From: a virus
Taxonomy: Duplodnaviria; Heunggongvirae; Uroviricota; Caudoviricetes
Virus record (IMG/VR): IMGVR_UViG_3300017650_000009
Reading direction: 5' to 3' (one strand)
Length of the DNA stretch: 64,000 nt
The translations under genes were made by a program, and so were the position numbers. The number at the start of each line of letters is the position of its first letter. Position 1 is the stretch's first letter. The notes beneath the pieces are model-generated. The model worked only from the letters and a program-made list of their open reading frames with translations. It searched no databases and was not told the origin of the DNA. This document shows, piece after piece, positions 1-8,182 of this stretch.

Positions 1-665
1 CTAAGTCTTACACGAACTGGATACGAGCAGCCAGTAGCAATTTGTTCTATGAGGATGGTGCTGCCGAAGACAAATATAGGGATATTCTCCCACAATACCC
101 GGATAAGGTTTACGACTACTATAGAGTCGATCGTGTACTGGGCGTTGGTGTTCAATTCCCACAAGGATGGAATGTTCAGCTTTCTGAAAAACTAAAAACA
201 CTTGGACCAAAAAAGCAAATGAATGCTATTGTGGTTCTAGCAGACGCCAATAAGATTGCACCGGATTTTGCTTTTGCATTGCGTCGTTTTTGGATGGGTT
301 TCAAAAAGAATGATGCTGTAATTGTCGTGGGCCTTGATCAGGGTAACGTCAAATGGGCTGAAGTTATGAGTTGGTCCAAGAAAAGTATCTTCGATATTTC
401 CATGCGTGATTATTTGTATTCGAAACAAGACACGGCATTCGATTTTACTGAAATGCTAGGCAAGCTTGATACGTTTGCAACTGAATATTATGAACGCCGT
501 GAAATGAAAGAGTTCGAATACCTCAAATCACAAATTCCGACACCAACATGGTTGACAATCATGTTAGTCGTGTTAAGTGTGGGTGGAAGTATTGGACTCA
601 CGTGGTTCTTTCACAAAGAGGATCCATTCGGTGGTAACATGAAACTTAGGAGAAGTTTTCGATGA
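1..665 (+). CDS. Membrane-anchored protein, TPM-like domain possible (5' truncated by window edge)
   Basis: Frame open from position 3; C-terminal TM helix (WLTIMLVVLSVGGSIGLTWFF); 'KKNDAVIVVG' resembles TPM-domain core; stop overlaps the LemA-like gene start. Confidence 0.6.
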   Translation, partial: KSYTNWIRAASSNLFYEDGAAEDKYRDILPQYPDKVYDYYRVDRVLGVGVQFPQGWNVQLSEKLKTLGPKKQMNAIVVLADANKIAPDFAFALRRFWMGFKKNDAVIVVGLDQGNVKWAEVMSWSKKSIFDISMRDYLYSKQDTAFDFTEMLGKLDTFATEYYERREMKEFEYLKSQIPTPTWLTIMLVVLSVGGSIGLTWFFHKEDPFGGNMKLRRSFR

Positions 666-1213
666 AACTAGGACTTATTTTGGGCGGTGTAATCGCCGTA
701 CTTGCACTTGCATTTGGTGGAATGTATGTGAGCTATTCGAATCTCGGTGTTCGCCATGAGGCGGGTATCGAAGCCCAGGTCTCGCAGAATCAGAACAAGT
801 ATTCTGAATTCACGCAGACTGCGGTCGAACAGATGGGCATTGCGCGTGAATATCAGGGCGCTGTTTCCAAAGTGATCAAGGAAGCAATCGAGGGCCGGTT
901 CGGTGAGAACGGTTCCCAGGCGCTATTGCAGGCTTTCAACGAAGCTTATCCGGCCAACTTAGATCCGGATCTTTACAAGAAAGTTATGCAGACGGTCGAA
1001 GCAGGTCGACGTGACTTTGCCAATGAACAGAAAATGCTAATCAGCAAGGTTCAGGCTTACAAAATCGATCTCAAAAGTTTCTGGTCCGGTATGTGGCTGA
1101 AGCAGGCAGGATATCCAATGCTGGATCTTTCTGAACCACAGTTCAACCCAGTGATTACTGGTCAGACCCGCGATACTTTCCGTACGGGAACCGACGAAGG
1201 CATCAAATTCTAA
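662..1213 (+). CDS. LemA-like membrane-anchored protein
   Basis: AGGAG RBS; N-terminal TM followed by YSNL...E..I; 'EAYPANL..LYKKVMQTVE..R..F' pattern resembles the LemA family. Confidence 0.65.
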   Translation: MKLGLILGGVIAVLALAFGGMYVSYSNLGVRHEAGIEAQVSQNQNKYSEFTQTAVEQMGIAREYQGAVSKVIKEAIEGRFGENGSQALLQAFNEAYPANLDPDLYKKVMQTVEAGRRDFANEQKMLISKVQAYKIDLKSFWSGMWLKQAGYPMLDLSEPQFNPVITGQTRDTFRTGTDEGIKF

Positions 1214-1219
1214 TACATC

Positions 1220-1248
1220 AAAGGGGAGGAAAATTTTCCTCCCCTTTT
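1220..1248 (+). terminator. Intrinsic terminator
   Basis: AAAGGGGAGGAA-aatt-TTCCTCCCCTTT hairpin with T tail right after the stop codon. Confidence 0.8.
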
Positions 1249-1250
1249 CC

Positions 1251-1279
1251 TTGACTATAAATCTAAACCCTATTATAAC
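1251..1279 (+). promoter_or_regulatory. sigma70-like early promoter
   Basis: TTGACT-N17-TATAAC. Confidence 0.65.
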
Positions 1280-1284
1280 GACGT

Positions 1285-1485
1285 ATGGGACCAAGTAGGC
1301 AGCCAAGTTAGTGTCATCGGGATGAAGGCGCTGAAAAGTCAACCGAATAGTCCTACAAAGGAACTCAGCGTTCTGAGTTTCTGGTTGCGGATTGGATGCA
1401 CTCTCCCGGAAGTAAACGCTAACGCTTTCGGTCATAGTGGTGTGGTGTTGAGGAACGGGGAAACTCGACTTGTAGGAGACTAAAC
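1285..1485 (+). ncRNA. Candidate structured 5' leader / cis-regulatory RNA
   Basis: 200 nt without a plausible + strand ORF after a promoter; hairpins at 1360-1381 and 1456-1467 (GAAA tetraloop); long-range helix 1351-1358/1470-1477 covers the RBS. Confidence 0.55.
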
Positions 1486-1635
1486 ATGGGACAGATTGTC
1501 CAAGAATATTTTCTGTGGTTCTTTGGTGCAACTATTGTTGCGGGTTGGGCACTTGGTATTGCCACATATTATTGGCGGCGAAATAAATGCCCACACAACA
1601 TGAACTGCCCACTCGTAGAAACATGTGTGCGGTAA
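1486..1635 (+). CDS. 49-aa small membrane protein with Cys-containing tail (absent from ORF track)
   Basis: AGGAG RBS; MGQIVQEYFLWFFGATIVAGWALGIATYYWRRNKCPHNMNCPLVETCVR. Confidence 0.65.
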   Translation: MGQIVQEYFLWFFGATIVAGWALGIATYYWRRNKCPHNMNCPLVETCVR

Positions 1636-1649
1636 AGGATGATTGCGCT

Positions 1650-1874
1650 GTGCGAGCTTCTTTGATAGCTTTCCTTGCATTCCTATGGCTTATGTGCCCA
1701 GCGAATGCAAACGACCCTGAGGTACTAAACTTGCCGGATGGTCGGCAAGTACAAGTTATGCCGTCACCTGGGCCGGGCATTGTTGTGCAAAAATCACTAA
1801 ACGGGTTAACGTTGTTTGGTTTGAGTTTTGCGCTTGGATTCGGTGTTAGCTGGTTTATTAATCGACTTCGATGA
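1650..1874 (+). CDS. Small exported/membrane protein
   Basis: GTG start after AAGGA; signal peptide ending ANA; C-terminal TM helix. Confidence 0.6.
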   Translation: MRASLIAFLAFLWLMCPANANDPEVLNLPDGRQVQVMPSPGPGIVVQKSLNGLTLFGLSFALGFGVSWFINRLR

Positions 1875-1889
1875 TCGAAAGGAGATCAT

Positions 1890-2507
1890 ATGTCTTACAA
1901 ATATTTCACACGTATTGGACTTGCACTTGCGTTGGTGCTCACAACATTTGTGGGAACTGCATTTGCGGATAATTCCATCGATATTTCCACACTAACGCCG
2001 GAAAAGCTCCAGCAGATTCAAAAGATCATCGCCGAACCTTCAACGGCAGATACTGTTAAGGCAGTCGCTGATGCTGTTACTCCAGAACGTGTTAGCTCTT
2101 ATGCAGAGTTGGGCAAAGCTGTAGGGCAGGGTCTCGCGGCAACTGCTAAGGAACTTGGTATTGCTGCGAATACATTTTCGCAGACTGGCATTGGCAAAGT
2201 CGCACTATTCCTTATTGTGTGGAAACTTGCCTTGGGGAACATTGTCAGTGGTTTCCTAACAACGCTATTGGGAGTCAGTTGGCTGATTGTTGTCTTTACC
2301 ATTTGGACCCGTTATTTCCGGCATATGTGTTTGATTGAAGCCACGGAAGTCATCGAGACAACCAAATACGAAGGCGACAAAGCCATTCCGGTTAAAACCA
2401 CACGGGTCCACAATTATGAGCCGGATAATGAAGCCGTAAATGTCACTCGTTTCCTCATGTTTATTGCCCTTGCAATTGCATGTATTCCAGGTTTTATCCT
2501 GATTTAA
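1890..2507 (+). CDS. Membrane protein with signal peptide and several TM helices
   Basis: AAGGAG RBS; signal peptide ending AFA; hydrophobic segments. Confidence 0.75.
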   Translation: MSYKYFTRIGLALALVLTTFVGTAFADNSIDISTLTPEKLQQIQKIIAEPSTADTVKAVADAVTPERVSSYAELGKAVGQGLAATAKELGIAANTFSQTGIGKVALFLIVWKLALGNIVSGFLTTLLGVSWLIVVFTIWTRYFRHMCLIEATEVIETTKYEGDKAIPVKTTRVHNYEPDNEAVNVTRFLMFIALAIACIPGFILI

Positions 2508-2519
2508 TAAAAAACAGGC

Positions 2520-2561
2520 TTGACAGGTTTAGTGTCCCACAGTATTGTTAGGACACTAAAC
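2520..2561 (+). promoter_or_regulatory. Early promoter embedded in an 11-bp inverted repeat
   Basis: TTGACA-N17-TATTGT; GTTTAGTGTCC (2527-2537) / GGACACTAAAC (2551-2561) flank the -10. Confidence 0.7.
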
Positions 2562-2578
2562 GCAACAAGGAGATCGAA

Positions 2579-2905
2579 ATGCCAAACACTTTGACCCTCG
2601 CAGATTTCATCGAAAAGACCGCAAACGGAAAGATCTTTACGATCAGCTTTTACAAGCGTTCCGACGGCAACTTGCGCGTTATGAATTGCCGCCGCAATGT
2701 CCAGAAGGGCGTTACGGGCAAGGGTCTCAAGTTTGACCCGAAGGAAAAGAATCTGCTCGTGGTCTACGATATGCAGAAGATCACCGAAGGCAAAGATGAA
2801 AAAGGAGCTTTCCGTATGGTCAACCTTTCGGATCTGCAATCGCTCAAGATGGACGGCAAGTCCTATAACTGGGACAACGTCAAGCAGGAGTTCACCGAAG
2901 TCTAA
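2579..2905 (+). CDS. WYL_2 / Sm-like SH3 beta-barrel protein
   Basis: 'FTISFYKRSDGNLRVMNC...VYDMQK..GAFRMVNL' motif typical of this phage family; strong RBS. Confidence 0.7.
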   Translation: MPNTLTLADFIEKTANGKIFTISFYKRSDGNLRVMNCRRNVQKGVTGKGLKFDPKEKNLLVVYDMQKITEGKDEKGAFRMVNLSDLQSLKMDGKSYNWDNVKQEFTEV

Positions 2906-2911
2906 TAAATA
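2906..2911 (+). promoter_or_regulatory. Putative late promoter (TAAATA)
   Basis: T4-like late box upstream of the cell-wall hydrolase genes; the same box recurs before structural genes. Confidence 0.45.
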
Positions 2912-2932
2912 GACGAAATACATATTAACCAT

Positions 2933-2960
2933 AAGGGCCTGGAGCTTGCTCCGGGCCTTT
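2933..2960 (+). terminator. Hairpin, probable terminator
   Basis: AAGGGCCTGGAG-cttg-CTCCGGGCCTTT. Confidence 0.6.
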
Positions 2961-2981
2961 ATCTATTTGAAAAGGAATTTA

Positions 2982-3383
2982 ATGACATTCAAAAAGGGCT
3001 TGTGTGCGTTGTTAGTAACAGGAATACTGCTAGGAACGCCGGCACACGGTACTGAAGTTACGTCAAGCAAAACTATATTTGTAGCTCAAACCAAAAGTGT
3101 CAAATATCGATGTTTCCCGGCGAAATTGCAGGGAATAATTCGATTCATCCAAAGGGAAACAAAACGAAAGGTTATAATTACTTCGGGTCATAGGACCTAC
3201 GGCAGGAAAGGCTCAATGCATCGCTCATGTAGAGCCGCCGATATTCGTGTACCTGGGGTCTCAATGCGTAGACTCAAAGCTGTTGCACGTAGAGCGCCCA
3301 ACATCGGAGGAATTGGAACTTACCGGGGAAAACCTGGATTGCTCCATGTAGATGTTGGTCCGAGAAGAGAATGGACCTATTAA
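2982..3383 (+). CDS. Peptidase M15-family cell-wall hydrolase with signal peptide
   Basis: ITSGHR, SMH..CRAADI and LHVDVG Zn-binding motifs; N-terminal signal peptide. Confidence 0.85.
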   Translation: MTFKKGLCALLVTGILLGTPAHGTEVTSSKTIFVAQTKSVKYRCFPAKLQGIIRFIQRETKRKVIITSGHRTYGRKGSMHRSCRAADIRVPGVSMRRLKAVARRAPNIGGIGTYRGKPGLLHVDVGPRREWTY

Positions 3384-3406
3384 GGGCCCAAACAAAAGGA
3401 AATGTA

Positions 3407-3814
3407 ATGAAATTACTAGTATGGATAATTGCCGGCCTTCTGGTCGCGAGTTTCGGTCTCACAGTTGCTGAAGCCAAACCAAAACAGAACACCGATAAGG
3501 AAATCATCCTAGCGTATGCGGATGCTCACGGTATCCCACGCAACGTAATCAACTACGTTGCAAAGCGTGAGAGCGGGTTCAGGTGCTCACCTGGCAATCC
3601 CCGCTATAAAGGACCCCTCCAAGTCAGTCCAGGTAGTGCTCGTGCCCTCGGTTATAAGAGTGCTGAAGGACCCCTCAACAATTGCCGTGCCGGTCTCAAA
3701 TACGGCATGCGCCATCTCAAACTTTGCGTGAATAAAGTCGGCGCTAATCCAAAACGTGCCGCTCACTGCCATGCAATGCCTGCAAAATACGGCGTTCATG
3801 TAGTTTGGAAATAA
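3407..3814 (+). CDS. Lytic transglycosylase (SLT-like) with signal peptide
   Basis: KRESGF catalytic Glu motif, GPLQV motif, 'GLKYGMRHL'; signal peptide ending AEA. Confidence 0.8.
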   Translation: MKLLVWIIAGLLVASFGLTVAEAKPKQNTDKEIILAYADAHGIPRNVINYVAKRESGFRCSPGNPRYKGPLQVSPGSARALGYKSAEGPLNNCRAGLKYGMRHLKLCVNKVGANPKRAAHCHAMPAKYGVHVVWK

Positions 3815-3816
3815 GC

Positions 3817-3861
3817 TTGACAAAGCTCTGTTCCCTGCTACAACGTGGGGAACAGATTTTT
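3817..3861 (+). promoter_or_regulatory. Early promoter overlapping a terminator-like hairpin whose loop is the -10 hexamer
   Basis: TTGACA-N16-TACAAC; stem TCTGTTCCCTGC/GTGGGGAACAGA (2 G:U) followed by TTTTT. Confidence 0.7.
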
Positions 3862-3870
3862 GGAGGCATT

Positions 3871-4527
3871 ATGACTGAAACTACAACAGCATATCCACTT
3901 GATTCATACACCAATCGCAAGAGAATGAATTCCAATTTTGAAAAGGGGAAACCAGTTTGGGTTATGCTCAAAGATGGAAGTGCTCGCGATGGTTCGATCG
4001 GCCAAGCTTATCCCGTTGACAAAGTAGAAGAAGCAGGTGAACCTTTTACTTTCACTGCTGGCTCTCATTATCATTATTATGGCGTCAATCGTCTAGATGT
4101 TTTCTTCCCAGGAAAGAAACCCAAGCGTATTGATCTGGGTAAAAAGGAATTGCATTATTTGCCCTACTACAAGGGTAAAGGTGAAAATGTTTTCGTCAAA
4201 GGCGCGTCAAAGCAAAAGCATTTTCCTCTTGATCTCATGGGTAAGCCAATTACTCCCGGATGCATGATTATCTATACAAATCGTGCCGGAGTATTGCGAT
4301 TCGGTAAAGTCGAAGAGGTTTCCGAGAGTGGGCTTTCCGTACTAATTCGAACCATCGATATCGAAAATGCCCAATACACGAGTGCACCATCATATTCCTT
4401 TAGAAGCGATGGGTTGCTTCGATTGAACACCAAGTCGAATCTCCCAGACAAACGTTGTGAACAGATCAATGTGATCCGTTCGGATCTCCTAACGGATCTC
4501 ATGATGGTCAAGCTTCAAATCAAATAA
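3871..4527 (+). CDS. Hypothetical protein, probable SH3-like domain
   Basis: GGAGG RBS; 'DLMGKPITPGCMIIY...FGKVEEV' resembles phage SH3/KOW-like modules. Confidence 0.7.
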   Translation: MTETTTAYPLDSYTNRKRMNSNFEKGKPVWVMLKDGSARDGSIGQAYPVDKVEEAGEPFTFTAGSHYHYYGVNRLDVFFPGKKPKRIDLGKKELHYLPYYKGKGENVFVKGASKQKHFPLDLMGKPITPGCMIIYTNRAGVLRFGKVEEVSESGLSVLIRTIDIENAQYTSAPSYSFRSDGLLRLNTKSNLPDKRCEQINVIRSDLLTDLMMVKLQIK

Positions 4528-4530
4528 CGC

Positions 4531-4581
4531 TTGACGTCCTTGTGATTCCTGTTATACATGAGCAAATAGGAATCACAAGGA
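4531..4581 (+). promoter_or_regulatory. Early promoter inside a 14-bp perfect inverted repeat that covers the RBS
   Basis: TTGACG-N16-TATACA; TCCTTGTGATTCCT (4537-4550) / AGGAATCACAAGGA (4568-4581). Confidence 0.75.
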
Positions 4582-4588
4582 GATCGAA

Positions 4589-5110
4589 ATGTCAGTATCC
4601 CGTCGTAGTTTTCTCACTGGTCTCTTTAGCACTGCTACACTTGCCGTTGCTTTGCCACATTTTGCAACACCCGCGCTTGCACAGACTTATGTGGACAAAA
4701 TCAAACAAGTCGAAATTCTTGTCAATGCGTTGTTGGAAAAGCATCGAACATATTCATTCATAAGCGAGCGTGGTAAGCCAATGAATCATCATCTGTATGA
4801 ATCTCATATGGGTGATACCGGAGTCGATCTTATGTCGTTCTTGGTTATCAATTTCAAAAGAATTGAAATTGATGATCGAACTAAACAGGCATTTCTGCAA
4901 TTAGAAAATCGAGGTGGTGAAATTGATTTTCGATCAATCCCACCCGAAACGATTGAAGAATTTATTCCATTTGTCGTGCTTCGAGAATTGTTCACAATTC
5001 ATAAGGTTAGACCTGCCCCATTGTTTTCGAACAAAGCAAGCTCATATTTTGACATTTTTGCCAAAAGCTTTGTGCCTCTCTTAGATTATGAGCGCTCACT
5101 TAATGTGTAG
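4589..5110 (+). CDS. Protein with twin-arginine (Tat) signal peptide
   Basis: MSVSRRSFL + hydrophobic stretch + PALA cleavage site. Confidence 0.75.
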   Translation: MSVSRRSFLTGLFSTATLAVALPHFATPALAQTYVDKIKQVEILVNALLEKHRTYSFISERGKPMNHHLYESHMGDTGVDLMSFLVINFKRIEIDDRTKQAFLQLENRGGEIDFRSIPPETIEEFIPFVVLRELFTIHKVRPAPLFSNKASSYFDIFAKSFVPLLDYERSLNV

Positions 5111-5117
5111 TTTTTGG

Positions 5118-5145
5118 TTGACTGTTTCCCGGTTCCCGTTATGTT
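5118..5145 (+). promoter_or_regulatory. Early promoter
   Basis: TTGACT-N16-TATGTT. Confidence 0.65.
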
Positions 5146-5182
5146 GGGATTAATCAAGTAACAGTAACTAAGGAGATCGAAT

Positions 5183-5542
5183 ATGGATTTCAACGACAAA
5201 CTCAAAAACAATGAGTACCGCACAAAACTCGAATACCCACGCAACAGCTTGTCGCGCCCAACACTCAAGCCGGGTGCCACACCAGATGAGATTCGGGCAT
5301 TTGCTGATCTCACTGAAGCCTACAATGCCGAAAAAATCAAAGTCGAAGAGGCACGGAAAGTTTACCGGGATGATGAACAGCGACTTCAGGATCTGTTCGT
5401 GAAGGAGCTCTTCGAGTATCACGGCGTGACGGATCATCCGAAGGTATGGAAAGCATACCACCTCGCATATGAATATGGTCATAGCGCGGGTATGGCCGAA
5501 GTGGCCAATTATTTCAGTGATCTTGTTGAACTGATCAAGTAA
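5183..5542 (+). CDS. Hypothetical phage protein
   Basis: AAGGAG RBS; 'AYEYGHSAG..EV..YFSDLVELIK' C-terminus typical of a common phage family. Confidence 0.75.
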   Translation: MDFNDKLKNNEYRTKLEYPRNSLSRPTLKPGATPDEIRAFADLTEAYNAEKIKVEEARKVYRDDEQRLQDLFVKELFEYHGVTDHPKVWKAYHLAYEYGHSAGMAEVANYFSDLVELIK

Positions 5543-5551
5543 GGAACAATT

Positions 5552-5728
5552 ATGCCCTTCGCAAACTGGGTTGGACCATTCATCCTACGTACCCCTGTGC
5601 AGGAACTTGCCTACACGTTGAGGGCAGCAAAAGCTTGTTTGCGTTGGGCACATGCCAATCCGGAATATCGCCGGATTGGTTTGGATCTTTACCTAAGACA
5701 TAGAAAATTGCGTAAGGAATTGAAATGA
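5552..5728 (+). CDS. 58-aa hypothetical protein (absent from ORF track)
   Basis: AAGGA RBS; fills the intergenic gap; ATGA overlap with the next gene. Confidence 0.6.
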   Translation: MPFANWVGPFILRTPVQELAYTLRAAKACLRWAHANPEYRRIGLDLYLRHRKLRKELK

Positions 5729-6285
5729 GCAAGGACTGGCTCACCGGTAAGGGAAAGGTCGTTTATGATCCATTCCGTGGCGGTATGAAAAACAAAATTG
5801 ATTGGTGGTGCGTCATCGAACTCGATGACAGCATAACTGATTATTACCGTTGGTGGGCCAATAAGTATGTGAATCCACTCGGATATACCGAGGCCGACAA
5901 ATACGACGCTAAGGGGAATTTCACTTGGCATTCACTCCGTGACAAGCGCGAGGATCTCATGCTTCCGAGTTGGGGCGCACATATGAGCATTGTGCGGGGT
6001 GAAAAGCCACGGGAAGACCTTATGCATCTGTGGCGCAAATATCATGGCCAAATTGTTGAATTCAAATATTCGCCCAATGTTCGGTTCAGTGGTGACACTA
6101 GTGGTTCCTCAATGGATCCAGATAAGCAAGGTGTATATTGGTTTATTGATGCTAAGTGTGAACTAGGTACTCATATCCGTGACGAGCTAGAGAAGCCAAG
6201 TCATTGGAATTTCCATATCACCGTTGGTCGAGTTCGTCAAGGACAGGATTTCAAATATATTCCACCAGTGAGGAAACCACTATGA
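5725..6285 (+). CDS. 2H phosphoesterase superfamily protein
   Basis: Two HxS/T motifs: AHMSIV and FHITVG. Confidence 0.75.
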   Translation: MSKDWLTGKGKVVYDPFRGGMKNKIDWWCVIELDDSITDYYRWWANKYVNPLGYTEADKYDAKGNFTWHSLRDKREDLMLPSWGAHMSIVRGEKPREDLMHLWRKYHGQIVEFKYSPNVRFSGDTSGSSMDPDKQGVYWFIDAKCELGTHIRDELEKPSHWNFHITVGRVRQGQDFKYIPPVRKPL

Positions 6286-6677
6286 AAACCAAACGTGGCA
6301 CATTTTATGTTCTTCGCGTTGGTGAAAATTTCTTTGCTGGCATGTCTCCGGTTATGGAAGTTGTATCCAAACAAATCACCGTTCCAATACGGGAGACCAA
6401 GGATAAGAAAAAACTTCCCAAATATTTGTTTGAAAAGATCAATCGTAGCATGTGGTCTTGGGGCGGAGCAAGAGATAGGATTCGTTACACGTATGAGACT
6501 CAAAAGAGTGAACGTATGACTGGCGAATTTACAAATATTTGGACTGATAATCCAAAAGAAGCAAAGCCGTTCAGAGATCATAGCAAAGCATTGACAAAGG
6601 CTAAAGAGCTTGCTAAGGATCTTGGCGTCAATGAAAATATGATCAGGATCGATCTAATAGAAGGAGATAAAAAATGA
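6282..6677 (+). CDS. Hypothetical protein
   Basis: GAGG RBS; ATGA overlaps with both neighbours. Confidence 0.7.
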   Translation: MKTKRGTFYVLRVGENFFAGMSPVMEVVSKQITVPIRETKDKKKLPKYLFEKINRSMWSWGGARDRIRYTYETQKSERMTGEFTNIWTDNPKEAKPFRDHSKALTKAKELAKDLGVNENMIRIDLIEGDKK

Positions 6678-7132
6678 TTCTCGAAAAGCTCCGCGCACGT
6701 ACTTTGGAGTACCGCAAAGCTCGTCATCCTATGGCAGCATTCCTGGTTTCCGTCACGGCCAAGGCTGCTGATTTTGCGAAAAAGGAAAACCCGCAGGATC
6801 CAGTCATTACCGAGGATCATGCTGTTCGCGCAATTCAGAGTTTCGTGAAGGGTGCAGAAGACAATATCAAACTGTTGGCTCACGATACGGCAAATCGCCT
6901 TTATGTGCTGGCACAAGAGGAACGCAAGCTGTTGAAGGAATTCCTTCCTGCTGAAGCCACTGATGAAGAAGTTCGTGCGTTCGCAGTGGCATTTGTTGAG
7001 GAACGCGGTGATTGGATGGGTGCAAAGATGGCACTTATGGGTGGTATCATGGCGGAACTCAAGCATAAGTTTGGTGCGTCTCTCAATAGCGCGGCTGCAT
7101 CCAAAATTGTGAAGGAAGTGTTGAGTGAGTAA
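6674..7132 (+). CDS. GatB/YqeY domain protein
   Basis: 'E..LLKEFLP....EEV', 'MGGIMAELK', 'ASKIVKEVL' YqeY pattern. Confidence 0.8.
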   Translation: MILEKLRARTLEYRKARHPMAAFLVSVTAKAADFAKKENPQDPVITEDHAVRAIQSFVKGAEDNIKLLAHDTANRLYVLAQEERKLLKEFLPAEATDEEVRAFAVAFVEERGDWMGAKMALMGGIMAELKHKFGASLNSAAASKIVKEVLSE

Positions 7133-7544
7133 ACCCACTGATTTCATTTTGTGGTTTAACGGAACGCCGGTGACTCTAAGTCTTCTAGAGCACTGGCGTC
7201 CTGGTATCACAAGCTGCGGTATAGTCGAGGCTCTTGAGTGTTTGCCTGAGTATTTCGGGCAAGCCACTAGTCGCGTCAGCATTGCGGATATAAAGCTGGA
7301 TTTCAAATTTACACCGAAAGCTGGTGAAACTCCTGAATCCCTACGGAAAGAACGACAGGTACTTGAGGACCAATATCTTATTGCGGTTCAAAAATATCTG
7401 GAACACGACCGCACAATGTCGAATGAGTCTTCATATGACGATAAAGTCCTTTGGGCTAATCTGAACTGTGATGTAAAAGATGTTGAAGAAAAACTAATTG
7501 AGATCAATAAAAAGATTTCAATGGTTTCAAGGCTTTCCGAATAA
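7125..7544 (+). CDS. Hypothetical protein, C-terminal coiled coil
   Basis: GTG start overlapping the previous gene; fills operon. Confidence 0.6.
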   Translation: MSKPTDFILWFNGTPVTLSLLEHWRPGITSCGIVEALECLPEYFGQATSRVSIADIKLDFKFTPKAGETPESLRKERQVLEDQYLIAVQKYLEHDRTMSNESSYDDKVLWANLNCDVKDVEEKLIEINKKISMVSRLSE

Positions 7545-7579
7545 AATTCAGTTTATTTCAAAAAAGTTAGAAAAACAGG

Positions 7580-7607
7580 TTGACGCCTTCCTATCCTATG
7601 TTATGTT
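7580..7607 (+). promoter_or_regulatory. Early promoter
   Basis: TTGACG-N16-TATGTT with TG extension and A-rich upstream region. Confidence 0.7.
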
Positions 7608-7675
7608 GAGTACATGAAGCGCACAACAAACAACGCGCTAACGGAAACAGAAACAAAGATCGAAAGGAATACAAA

Positions 7676-8005
7676 ATGGCTAAGGTTCTCAATTTCAACG
7701 TTGCAGCTCTCGCACTTCTCGGTTCGAACGTTCAGGTTCGTGTGCGCGTCAAGAACGATGCACTTCAGGTTCGCCCATCGGCACGTGTGCTGGCAACGAA
7801 TCTTCCGGAAGGTGAAGTTATGCGCAACGTGAGCTTCAAGCGCGAAGGTGACAAGGTTCGCGGCGCTGTGGTCAACCTGAAGGATTTCGGCGGCGAAGCA
7901 GGACAGGCATACGAACTGTCCAAGGGCAAGTACGGCTGGCTCAACCTCACCCCGGTTGCAGAAGTTGCAAAGGGTGCTGCATACGGTCGCGTTGCGGTCA
8001 AGTAA
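7676..8005 (+). CDS. Small basic beta-rich protein, paralogue of 8463-8831
   Basis: AAGGA RBS; C-ending codon bias; shares L.FN..A, RP[ST].R and YGW..LT motifs with 8463-8831. Confidence 0.8.
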   Translation: MAKVLNFNVAALALLGSNVQVRVRVKNDALQVRPSARVLATNLPEGEVMRNVSFKREGDKVRGAVVNLKDFGGEAGQAYELSKGKYGWLNLTPVAEVAKGAAYGRVAVK

Positions 8006-8025
8006 TACGCCGATAAGGTCGGCAA

Positions 8026-8048
8026 GGGGCAGTGGTTAATGCTGCCCC
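8026..8048 (+). terminator. GC-rich hairpin after gene
   Basis: GGGGCAG-tggttaatg-CTGCCCC; no clear U tract. Confidence 0.5.
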
Positions 8049-8151
8049 CACAGTTAGCTTCCCTTAAACAACTAGAGGAGTATGTGTCCGTTAACAGCTA
8101 ATTTCATTTGTGATTGGTTTTTAGATAGAGACTCAAATTCAACTCTAACGG

Positions 8152-8182
8152 AAAAAGCTTGGACCTCCAGCCAAGCTTTTTT
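8152..8182. terminator. Bidirectional terminator-like hairpin
   Basis: AAAAAGCTTGG-acctccag-CCAAGCTTTTT. Confidence 0.6.

Noticed and set aside
1440-1482. CGGGGAAACTCG resembling group II intron domain V
   Set aside because: No AGC/CGC catalytic triad stem, no domain VI, no GTGCG 5' end and no RT
1037-1780. Minus-strand ORFs of 66-164 aa
   Set aside because: They cross a terminator, a promoter and better-supported + strand genes
6578-7306. 242-aa antisense ORF
   Set aside because: Shadow of the YqeY gene and neighbours; no RBS or recognisable motif
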